Shown: positions 50,722 to 59,126 of the stretch, in pieces
Position numbering within the stretch: the stretch's first letter is position 1
Layout of the letters: the number at the start of each line of letters is the position of its first letter
From: an uncultured Bacteroidota bacterium
GTDB lineage: Bacteria; Bacteroidota; Bacteroidia; 2-12-FULL-35-15
Length of the DNA: 64,000 bases
Assembly: GCA_903919535.1 (NCBI GenBank)
Contig: CAIXIP010000008.1
Coordinates: 952 to 64,951, forward strand
Direction: 5' to 3'
The notes under the pieces: generated by a model
What the model saw: only the letters and a program-made list of their open reading frames with translations
Database searches by the model: none
Told to the model about the DNA's origin: nothing
Position numbers and translations under genes: made by a program

Positions 50722-50760
50722 AAACGTCCTTCAATTTGTTTGAAGGACGTTTCATTTTGC
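50722..50760 (+). terminator. Hairpin terminator after the FGE-domain gene
   Basis: aaacgtccttcaa-tttgtt-tgaaggacgttt followed by cattttg. Confidence 0.5.
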
Positions 50761-50858
50761 TTCAGATTTATAATTATCATCCTTTCATGATTTAGTAAAA
50801 TAAATTTTATTGCTAGAGAATAATTACTCATCTTTCGAAGCCTAAAAAGTTAAACTGT

Positions 50859-51545
50859 ATGAATATTTTAAAAACATTAATTATTTGTCTGCAAGTGTTT
50901 ATTTTCATTAAAAGCATTGAAGCACAGAGTAAAGAAAAGCCTTTTAAATGTGGATATTGGTACAAAGACGAGAAACAATTAAATCCTATATACTACAATT
51001 ATTTCAGTTTTTTTGGTTGTAAGAAAGGTGAAGAAATTGCTAGTGTTGGTGCAGGAGGAGGGGTTATGGAAGCTTCAATAGCTTCGTATGTTGATGGTAT
51101 TTCATGGACACTTCAAGATATTGATACTGTTTGTTTGAATACCAGAGAGTTTAGAAAAATACTTGCTTATACAGTAACTTTAAAGAATAAACCAATAAAA
51201 GATTCCTTTACCATTGTAATTGGAAATGAAAAAAGCACCAATTTGATAAATAATAATTATGATAGAATATTACTCATAAACACTTATCACGAACTACCCC
51301 ATAAGGTAGATATTTTAAAAGATATTTATGCGAAATTAAAAATAAATGGATGTTTAGTTGTTTCTGATAGATTTGCCGAAAAGAAGGGTGTAGTAAGAAA
51401 AGATTGCGGTCACGAGGAACCAACAGAACTAGAATTATTAAGTACTTTAGAAACAGCGGGTTTTATTCTGATCTCAAAAAAGGATATTCCTAAAAAACGA
51501 CATTATTCTCACGAATGCACTATTTATACTTTTGCAAAGAAATAA
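50859..51545 (+). CDS. Signal-peptide protein with a class I SAM-methyltransferase-like core
   Basis: N-terminal cleavable signal (..IEAQ). SVGAGGG (motif I-like), acidic TLQDID, ILLINTYHEL (motif-IV-like). Confidence 0.35.
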   Translation: MNILKTLIICLQVFIFIKSIEAQSKEKPFKCGYWYKDEKQLNPIYYNYFSFFGCKKGEEIASVGAGGGVMEASIASYVDGISWTLQDIDTVCLNTREFRKILAYTVTLKNKPIKDSFTIVIGNEKSTNLINNNYDRILLINTYHELPHKVDILKDIYAKLKINGCLVVSDRFAEKKGVVRKDCGHEEPTELELLSTLETAGFILISKKDIPKKRHYSHECTIYTFAKK

Positions 51546-51560
51546 ATATTTTATTTGTTT

Positions 51561-52910
51561 TTAAATCAACCCTCTTGCTTTTAATTCCAGGTATTTATTA
51601 ATGGTTTTTACCGAAAGGTTTTGAGGTGAAGTTAAAATGCTGTGAATGCCATATTTTTCAAGCTCTTTTACAATTAATTTTTTTTCGTAAACAAATTTTT
51701 CGGCAATAATTTTATTGTAAACTTCTTCTGTTGTTGTTGCCGGTTTATCCAGGTAAGCTTTTAGCTCAGTGTTTTCAAAAAATATAACAACTAATAAATG
51801 GTCTTTTGCCAATCTTCGCAGATATTTTAATTGTCGCTGCAAGCCCGATAAGCTCTCGAAGTTAGTATAGATCAATAATAAACTTCGTTGATTAATTTTT
51901 GTTTTAACATTGATATACAAATTTTCGAAATCGCTTTCCAAGTAACCTGTTTTTTGTTTGTATAACAGAGTTAATATTTTTTGAAGATGTGCATTTTTTC
52001 TTTCCGCAGGTAAAATGGATTGAACTTTATTAGAGAATGTAATAATGCCTGCTTTATCTTGCTTCAACATTGCGATATTTGAAATCACTAAACTGGAGTT
52101 GATCGCATAATCCAATAAACTCAGTCCTTCAAATGGCATTTTCATTACTCTTCCCATGTCAATAACAGAATACACTTGTTGTGATTTTTCATCCTGATAT
52201 TGATTGATCATCAATTTGTTTTTACGTGCGGTTGCTTTCCAATTGATGGTGCGATAATCATCACCACCAACATATTCTTTTATCTGTTCAAATTCTGCGT
52301 TGTTTCCTCTTCTTCTAACCTTCTTTATTCCTACTTCAGTTAATTGATTAGTGATAGCAAGTAATTCATATTTTCGCATTTGCAAAAATGAAGGGTATAC
52401 AGGAACCATCATGTCTTGTGAAAAACGATATCGTTTTTGAATAAAACCTATTGGGCTTTTCACAAAAATGTTCAATGCACCAAAACTATATTCTCCACGT
52501 TTAACCGGGTGAACAATGTAGTTGATTGTTTTGCTTTTTCCTGAGTCAATATTTACTTTGAAGTTGGAATCACGCGCTTGAAACTGAAAAGGAAGTTCAT
52601 CAATGATATTTAATCTGGCAGGAAATAGGTATTTGTTTTCTAAAATAATCTGAATAAAATTATCATCACCATTTGATAATTTGTCTAAAGCATTTCGTCT
52701 TCCAAATATTCCATTTTTGTTGGCATATAAAATTAGTATATCAGTTATTAATAATGCAGCAATAATATATATACTATAAACTGCTATTGGCTCAACAAGG
52801 GGGTAAAAGAAAGCCAAGGTCAACAATATCACTTCTGCCGCTGTAATGTAATATAGCAGATTGGTAAAATATATTGATTTAATAAACGCTTTCATTTTTT
52901 CTAAATACAA
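51561..52910 (-). CDS. DUF58-domain protein (vWA-like partner of MoxR) with two N-terminal TM segments
   Basis: RRRGNNAEFEQIKEYVGGDDYRTINWKATARKNKLMINQYQDE is the DUF58 signature. Confidence 0.8.
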   Translation of the reverse strand: MYLEKMKAFIKSIYFTNLLYYITAAEVILLTLAFFYPLVEPIAVYSIYIIAALLITDILILYANKNGIFGRRNALDKLSNGDDNFIQIILENKYLFPARLNIIDELPFQFQARDSNFKVNIDSGKSKTINYIVHPVKRGEYSFGALNIFVKSPIGFIQKRYRFSQDMMVPVYPSFLQMRKYELLAITNQLTEVGIKKVRRRGNNAEFEQIKEYVGGDDYRTINWKATARKNKLMINQYQDEKSQQVYSVIDMGRVMKMPFEGLSLLDYAINSSLVISNIAMLKQDKAGIITFSNKVQSILPAERKNAHLQKILTLLYKQKTGYLESDFENLYINVKTKINQRSLLLIYTNFESLSGLQRQLKYLRRLAKDHLLVVIFFENTELKAYLDKPATTTEEVYNKIIAEKFVYEKKLIVKELEKYGIHSILTSPQNLSVKTINKYLELKARGLI

Positions 52911-52933
52911 ACTTTGAACTTGAAACTATTTCA

Positions 52934-53911
52934 CTAACGTGGGACTTCAATTTTTTCTATGATCTGTTTAATAATTTCATTAGTTGTAATGCCTTCCATT
53001 TCCTTTTCAGGAGTTAGCATTACACGATGTTTAAGAACAGGCGTAGCAACAAATTTAATGTCGTCAGGTGTTACAAAATCCCTTCCACTCATTGCTGCAA
53101 TAGCTTTTGAACTTGATAGTATTGCCAAAGATGCCCGTGGTGAAGCACCTAAGTATAAGGATGAATTATTTCTTGTTTGATTTACAATTTTTGCGATGTA
53201 TGAAATTAAGTTCGCATCTATATGTATCTGCCTTACTTTACTTCTGTATTCTTTCACTTCATCTGCATTTAAAACCCCATTTATTGAATTAATATCAATA
53301 ATGTTTTTTCGGGAATGAAAGTCAGCAATGATTTTTGTTTCATCCTCTAAGGAAGGGTAATCTACTTCGATCTTAAAAAGGAAACGGTCGAGTTGAGCTT
53401 CCGGTAAACGATAGGTGCCTTCATGCTCAATTGGATTTTGTGTTGCCAGAACAATAAAGGGAGCAGTCAACAAATATGTTTTTCCATCAACGGTAATTTG
53501 TCGTTCTTCCATTGCTTCAAACAGGGCCGATTGTGTTTTTGCCGGTGCTCGATTGATCTCATCAATCAAAATAATGTTTGAAAATAACGGTCCGGATTTA
53601 AATTCAAATTCCGAAGTCTTTAAATTATAAATACTTGTTCCTATAATATCTGAAGGCATTAGGTCGGGAGTAAACTGAATGCGAGAAAATCCCACCGACA
53701 TTGTTTTGGCAAGTAATTTTGCGGTAAGCGTTTTTGCTACCCCGGGAACACCTTCAATTAAAACATGCCCATCAGCCAGAACAGCAGCAATAAGCAGTTC
53801 AATCATATTGTCTTGGCCAACAATGATCTTGTTTACTTCATGTTTGATATTGCTTACAGCTTGCTGCAAGCCACTTAGGTCAACTCTGTTTTGAAAAACT
53901 TGTTCTTCCAT
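52934..53911 (-). CDS. MoxR-family AAA+ ATPase
   Basis: IVGQD...GHVLIEGVPGVAKT (Walker A), ILIDEINRA (Walker B). 325 aa. Confidence 0.9.
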   Translation of the reverse strand: MEEQVFQNRVDLSGLQQAVSNIKHEVNKIIVGQDNMIELLIAAVLADGHVLIEGVPGVAKTLTAKLLAKTMSVGFSRIQFTPDLMPSDIIGTSIYNLKTSEFEFKSGPLFSNIILIDEINRAPAKTQSALFEAMEERQITVDGKTYLLTAPFIVLATQNPIEHEGTYRLPEAQLDRFLFKIEVDYPSLEDETKIIADFHSRKNIIDINSINGVLNADEVKEYRSKVRQIHIDANLISYIAKIVNQTRNNSSLYLGASPRASLAILSSSKAIAAMSGRDFVTPDDIKFVATPVLKHRVMLTPEKEMEGITTNEIIKQIIEKIEVPR

Positions 53912-53970
53912 ATGTTTGTTTTATTAGTTCGTTAGTATGGTTAATTTACATCAACGTGTTAGCAATAAAA

Positions 53971-55206
53971 TTATCTTTTATTTTCTTTATGAAATTCTTC
54001 AATTAATCGATTTAGCTTTAATAATTCTTGTTGTGAAATAGTTTGTTTGATACTTAGATCGGAAAAATAATAAAATATATCATGTACTTTTTGATACTCA
54101 ATTCCCGATAAATTTGAGATGCGTTCAATGAAAAGGTCGTCATAAATTGTTGTTTTTACTTGAAAAGTAGAACGGATAAATTCCAAGAAATATGTGATTT
54201 TTTTATCAGCAACATTTTTATGGTTTCCTGCCTGGTAGTATAATGTGCCTACTATATCAACGAATTGCAAGGTTGTGTTGCGGTAGGGTTCAATGATTGG
54301 GATTATGCGTTGTTTGCGCTTTATTCCAAAAAGCATAAAAATAATTAGTGATAGCAGTGATAAATAATATGCGTTTCGTAATAATGGATTGTTAAAAATA
54401 ACTCGTAACGGGCTATCAGTTTTGTCATTTCCTGCTTTGTAATATTCGTCCCAAATAATTGATTGGTTGGGTAAGCAGGAAAGCGAATTTAGAACATACG
54501 ACATGTTTTTGCTTACAAAATGATAGTTACTGAAAGCTTCAGGATTTGTATTTATAAAAATTTTCCCCTTACCCATTTTTATAGAAATAAAATTAATTTC
54601 TTTATTATTGGTTAAGCCAAGAACCTTGCTTCTCAGTGTGTCGAAGGATTTTAAATAAGTGCCTTCAAACCCTTTTACATATGAATAATTAGAAATATTT
54701 TTAAGTGATGGATTTGAAAAATTGATTTTTATTGTATCATATTGCTTTGTTATTTTTTTAATAGCTGCTGAATCATTGTCAAAACTATTTCCAAGATCAA
54801 AATCATTGTCTGTTTTTAATTTCAATGAATCAGCGAACTTCCCATCGAACTGATTTGCTGCAACAAAAACTATATTCCCTTCAGCAGCAAATTTGAATAA
54901 TTCACGAGTGTCTAGAGTATCGGGTTTAAATACATTATTAATGATAATATAATTATGGTTTGTAATGCCATTTAGATTTAGAGTATTGTAAATTGGAAAT
55001 GTAGCATTACTAATTGTTTGAGAAGGAAAGAGTGTTGGCAATTCGCCATATAAAGCAGAAGTACCAAAAGGGATTTTATCTTTTTTGATATACGAAAGAT
55101 GCCAGTTGATTGGCTTCGGACTTAGCCATTGCAAAACCATTAGCAAGCTAAAACAAATTACTAAAATGGAAATATATTTTCTGTTCCCTTTTAACATTTT
55201 AATCAA
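53971..55206 (-). CDS. DUF4350-like membrane protein (N- and C-proximal TM flanking an extracytoplasmic domain)
   Basis: 411 aa. TM near the N-terminus and at ~290. Part of a MoxR/DUF58 cluster. Confidence 0.45.
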   Translation of the reverse strand: MIKMLKGNRKYISILVICFSLLMVLQWLSPKPINWHLSYIKKDKIPFGTSALYGELPTLFPSQTISNATFPIYNTLNLNGITNHNYIIINNVFKPDTLDTRELFKFAAEGNIVFVAANQFDGKFADSLKLKTDNDFDLGNSFDNDSAAIKKITKQYDTIKINFSNPSLKNISNYSYVKGFEGTYLKSFDTLRSKVLGLTNNKEINFISIKMGKGKIFINTNPEAFSNYHFVSKNMSYVLNSLSCLPNQSIIWDEYYKAGNDKTDSPLRVIFNNPLLRNAYYLSLLSLIIFMLFGIKRKQRIIPIIEPYRNTTLQFVDIVGTLYYQAGNHKNVADKKITYFLEFIRSTFQVKTTIYDDLFIERISNLSGIEYQKVHDIFYYFSDLSIKQTISQQELLKLNRLIEEFHKENKR

Positions 55207-55238
55207 TGTTCATTTTAATGAATGAACTATTATCTTCA

Positions 55239-56009
55239 TTAATTGTTGACTTTAAAATCTTTAAATTTTGATATTGTACTGATAAAACTGTTTTCATCTA
55301 ACTGGAAATCACCATACCAAATATATTCGTATAAAACGGCCAACTCTTTAAACTGCTCACTGTACTTGCTGTTTGAAAGTTCTATCGAATAATCATTGTT
55401 TGTTTTGTCAATTTGCCAGGTAATCAAATTCCTATCACTTAATTCCTTAAGGAGTTTCAAAAAATGCAAACGTACAGCTCTTCTAAAATCTTTCTTAGAT
55501 AGCGCTTCATCAATTAATTCATTGAAATTTATTTTATGAATATCTTCTTCAAATTCTTTAAAATCTATCGGAACGGAAGCACTTTTTCCATAAAATAAAG
55601 CTCGAATATTATTTTTTAATAGCAGGATTATGATTAAAGTTATTGCTGCGATTATTAGCAAATATTCAAATATTTTTAACCCCAATGCACCACCTTTACT
55701 ATCAAAAAGCTCGAAAACTTTACGCCAAAACCATTCTTTGATTCGCTCCCAAAGTGTTTTAGGTGCAGGGCCAACACGGTCATATTTGTAATCTGAGTTG
55801 CTACGTAAAGTGTTTTGTTGTTCACTAGTAAGTGAACGGATTTCAAATTTGGTAGAATCGTATGAGATTTTAATTTTAGACTTTATTGAATCATTTGCAC
55901 AATACACATCAGTACTATATAGTAAACTAGATAGGAGTGTAGTTAAGACAAAAATTAAAAGCTTAATACTGCTGCTCAACATTGCTTTGCGTTGTATTTC
56001 CAATTTCAT
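55239..56009 (-). CDS. DUF4129-domain protein
   Basis: C-terminal W..DKTNNDY...EYIWYGDF pattern. One central TM. Confidence 0.5.
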   Translation of the reverse strand: MKLEIQRKAMLSSSIKLLIFVLTTLLSSLLYSTDVYCANDSIKSKIKISYDSTKFEIRSLTSEQQNTLRSNSDYKYDRVGPAPKTLWERIKEWFWRKVFELFDSKGGALGLKIFEYLLIIAAITLIIILLLKNNIRALFYGKSASVPIDFKEFEEDIHKINFNELIDEALSKKDFRRAVRLHFLKLLKELSDRNLITWQIDKTNNDYSIELSNSKYSEQFKELAVLYEYIWYGDFQLDENSFISTISKFKDFKVNN

Positions 56010-56919
56010 TGATGCGTTCCATTAATCCTACACCATCTTTTGCTTCAGCCAAACTGTAATAATGAAATGCGTTAATAACATATAATACAGAGTATAATAT
56101 GGTGCTACAAAAAGTGCATATGGTGGCAATAATTAAAAAAGCAACAGGAGTTTCTCCGCCACCGTTTTTCATATGACTGATAAGCAATACCATTTGGTAT
56201 ACAACTTGTGGCAACGTAAATACAAAACCAACAATTCCAATTGCAATAGCCGCACAAACTACAATTACCCATGTCCACCAGAAATTCCCTCGCATCACTT
56301 CTCTTGTTCTTCCAAACGACTCAAAGACACCTCTGTCCTCTTGCATTTTGACTAAATAAACAACAGATAATTGCCACATGAGTGGTGGAAATAAAATGAG
56401 CATCCCAAAAATAAAAGCGAGAGCAAATAAAATTCCTAAAAAAGGAACAGCAGTTGTTAGGCCAATAATTATACCTGCAATTACAGCGAAAATAACAATT
56501 GCTAAAAGTGTAAGAACAATAAATACAATAAGTAAGTTGGTAATATTTTGTATAAGTTTATTTGCAACATCATTTACAGTAAATCCGTTTGGACCTTTTT
56601 CCATGTAATTGATCATAAAAGAATAAGTTGTTCCAATTAAAACAATTCCACTTACGAGTGCTGATAACAAAAAAATCAGGAATGACCAACCATATTGTGC
56701 TAAAGGGTTTCCGCTTGTAAAACGGCTAAGGGTAGAAATTTCAATTGCACTGGATTGATAGAATGCTCCGGCAATAGCACTTACAAGAACGAATGGTCCT
56801 GCAATAAAAATGAGTGATTGAAAAAACAATTTAAAGTTTTGCCTTAAAAATTTTACTGTCACATTAAATGTTTCACCAAAATCGCGTACTTGTCTGAAAT
56901 TAATTTTTTCTTGATTCAT
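55963..56919 (-). CDS. Polytopic membrane protein, unknown function
   Basis: 318 aa with ~6 TM segments. In the same co-directional, overlapping gene string. Confidence 0.45.
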   Translation of the reverse strand: MNQEKINFRQVRDFGETFNVTVKFLRQNFKLFFQSLIFIAGPFVLVSAIAGAFYQSSAIEISTLSRFTSGNPLAQYGWSFLIFLLSALVSGIVLIGTTYSFMINYMEKGPNGFTVNDVANKLIQNITNLLIVFIVLTLLAIVIFAVIAGIIIGLTTAVPFLGILFALAFIFGMLILFPPLMWQLSVVYLVKMQEDRGVFESFGRTREVMRGNFWWTWVIVVCAAIAIGIVGFVFTLPQVVYQMVLLISHMKNGGGETPVAFLIIATICTFCSTILYSVLYVINAFHYYSLAEAKDGVGLMERINEIGNTTQSNVEQQY

Positions 56920-56939
56920 AATTTTTTATTGAATTACTA

Positions 56940-57977
56940 TTAAAGATTATTGGAAATATTTAGTTCACCATTTGTATACCGTTTTGCTTTTTTGTTCAGT
57001 TGTATCGGATAAATAATAAAATACCAAATAATGAAAGATAACGAACTGAAAATAATTGTAAGACTCAACCAAATTGGCATTTGTGTATAGCGTGTTACAA
57101 AACTTTCAAAAAAACCTGCTGTAATAAATATTGGAATCAAACCGATAACAATTTTAACTCCTTGTTTAGCTCCCCGTACAAAAGATGCTGCGCGCGAATA
57201 TGTTCCGGGAAATAATATACTGTTTCCCATCGTTAATCCCGCACATCCTGCAATGATGATAGCTGATATTTCTAAAGTGCCATGAATCCAAATTGCCAAA
57301 ACCGATTGAAGTAATAATCCCTTTGCGTAAAAGAAATATTGAAAAGCACCAAGCATTACACCGTTAGAAAATAACATGTACCCTGTGCCGAACGAAAAAA
57401 AGATACCTAATACAAAACAAATTAATGCAACACGAATATTATTAATGGTGATACCAAAAAACATATCCACCTGATTCATGCTTTTGTAAACAGCCATTGG
57501 GTCACCTTTATTTATATTTTCAATGGTCATATTTACATAGCTGTCTCCTAAAATTAAACGAACAAATGTGTCATCCTTTGCTGCTGATACTATTCCAATT
57601 AACATCGCTATTGCGAAAATCAGAAAGGAATACATCAATTGTTTTTGTGAGTTTTTGAAAATAAATGGTAATTCATACTTCCAAAAAGTGATGATGCGTT
57701 TGCTTTTTTCTTTTTTTCTTTTGTAAATTTCCTGATGAACTCTGGCTGCAAGTGAATTGAGATATTGTGTGGTTTTCGCTTTCGGATAATTTGTTCGTGC
57801 ATAGGATAAATCATCTGTTAGCTGAATAAATAGATCAGCCATCAAATCTGGATCCGAAGCGCCTTTTGTTGTAATTAGCGAATCAAATTGTTGCCATTTA
57901 TCGGCATTTTGTTTTAAAAAGGTGATTTCTTTCACAGGCTGGTTCATTAATAATTGAACCATTGTAAATTTATACAA
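56940..57977 (-). CDS. SpoIIM-like (DUF95) membrane protein
   Basis: 345 aa. TM topology and HGTLEISAIIIAG-type motif typical of stage-II-sporulation-M-like proteins. Confidence 0.55.
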   Translation of the reverse strand: MYKFTMVQLLMNQPVKEITFLKQNADKWQQFDSLITTKGASDPDLMADLFIQLTDDLSYARTNYPKAKTTQYLNSLAARVHQEIYKRKKEKSKRIITFWKYELPFIFKNSQKQLMYSFLIFAIAMLIGIVSAAKDDTFVRLILGDSYVNMTIENINKGDPMAVYKSMNQVDMFFGITINNIRVALICFVLGIFFSFGTGYMLFSNGVMLGAFQYFFYAKGLLLQSVLAIWIHGTLEISAIIIAGCAGLTMGNSILFPGTYSRAASFVRGAKQGVKIVIGLIPIFITAGFFESFVTRYTQMPIWLSLTIIFSSLSFIIWYFIIYPIQLNKKAKRYTNGELNISNNL

Positions 57978-58072
57978 AATATTGAATTGAAAATTGTTTA
58001 GATGAAATTGCTGGAAATACTTATTTTTATAAAAATTAATAGATCAAGAAATAATATTTTGACCATTCCTAT

Positions 58073-58789
58073 ATGGAAAATATAAAAATACAAACCACAC
58101 AAAATGTAGATATTGAATATGAGTTGGCTAGTATTGGCGATCGTATTTTGGCTACTTTGTTAGATTATTTGTTTTTTATAGCTTATTTTTTTGTGATACT
58201 TTTAATTGCAGCACTTACTAACGATGCAGTCTTTGAAAGTATTGCAGTCATTTCACTTTTGTCACTGCCAATATTATTGTATGATTTACTTTGCGAAACT
58301 TTTTTTCAGGGTAAATCATTTGGAAAAATGATCATGAAAATTAAAGTAGTAAAATTAGATGGTACTCAAGCTAATTTTGGAGCTTATCTATTGCGATGGT
58401 TATTACGTGTTGTTGATACTCGAATATTTGGTGGCGCTATTGCCCTTATTGCTGTTTTGGTAAACGGTAAAGGTCAGCGCATCGGAGATATGGCTGCAGG
58501 AACAACGGTAATAAAAATGAAGGCCCAAATAACAATTAGCGATACTATTTTAAATAAAGTAAAACCTAATTATACGCTGGTTTTTCCAGAAGTGGCAAAG
58601 CTGAGTGATAATGATATTGCGATTATTAAAGATGTAATGCGAATAAGTATTCAAAGTGAAAATATGGAAGCAATTAAAAAACTGGCTCTCAAAACTAAAG
58701 CTGCGATGGGTATTACTACCAATTTGCCTCACACACAATTTTTAGCAACCGTTGTGCAGGACTATAGCCATTATAATTTTGATAAATAA
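58073..58789 (+). CDS. RDD-family membrane protein
   Basis: RILATLLDYL... and ...RVVDTR...GQRIGDMAAGTTV: the R, D, D residues and TM pattern of RDD domains. Confidence 0.7.
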   Translation: MENIKIQTTQNVDIEYELASIGDRILATLLDYLFFIAYFFVILLIAALTNDAVFESIAVISLLSLPILLYDLLCETFFQGKSFGKMIMKIKVVKLDGTQANFGAYLLRWLLRVVDTRIFGGAIALIAVLVNGKGQRIGDMAAGTTVIKMKAQITISDTILNKVKPNYTLVFPEVAKLSDNDIAIIKDVMRISIQSENMEAIKKLALKTKAAMGITTNLPHTQFLATVVQDYSHYNFDK

Positions 58790-58804
58790 TGTTTTAGTCA
58801 TTAA

Positions 58805-59056
58805 TCATTCTATTTCACTTTCAGTAGTCTTAAAATAAAAATATTTTATTTCACAACTAGTTTCATTCCAGGAAATAGCAGAATAATTATTTTTGTAATA
58901 GTCGTTACACTCGGCTGTTGCCTTTTTCTTTGTGTCTTTTACGGTAAACACTGCTATGGTGCCTGATGGGTCTGTGCAAACACAAGTGTAGTCTTTTTTG
59001 CAGCTTGAAAAAATGATAGATATTATAATTGGTAAAACAACTTTAATTGTTTTCAT
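58805..59056 (-). CDS. Small lipoprotein, unknown function
   Basis: 83 aa. Lipobox FSSC. Four further Cys residues. Confidence 0.4.
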   Translation of the reverse strand: MKTIKVVLPIIISIIFSSCKKDYTCVCTDPSGTIAVFTVKDTKKKATAECNDYYKNNYSAISWNETSCEIKYFYFKTTESEIE

Positions 59057-59126
59057 GTTTTATGAAAAATATAAATTTGTTTGTTACTTTTTCGTGAAGA
59101 AAAAAAAGTTTTGTAAACGGAAAAAA

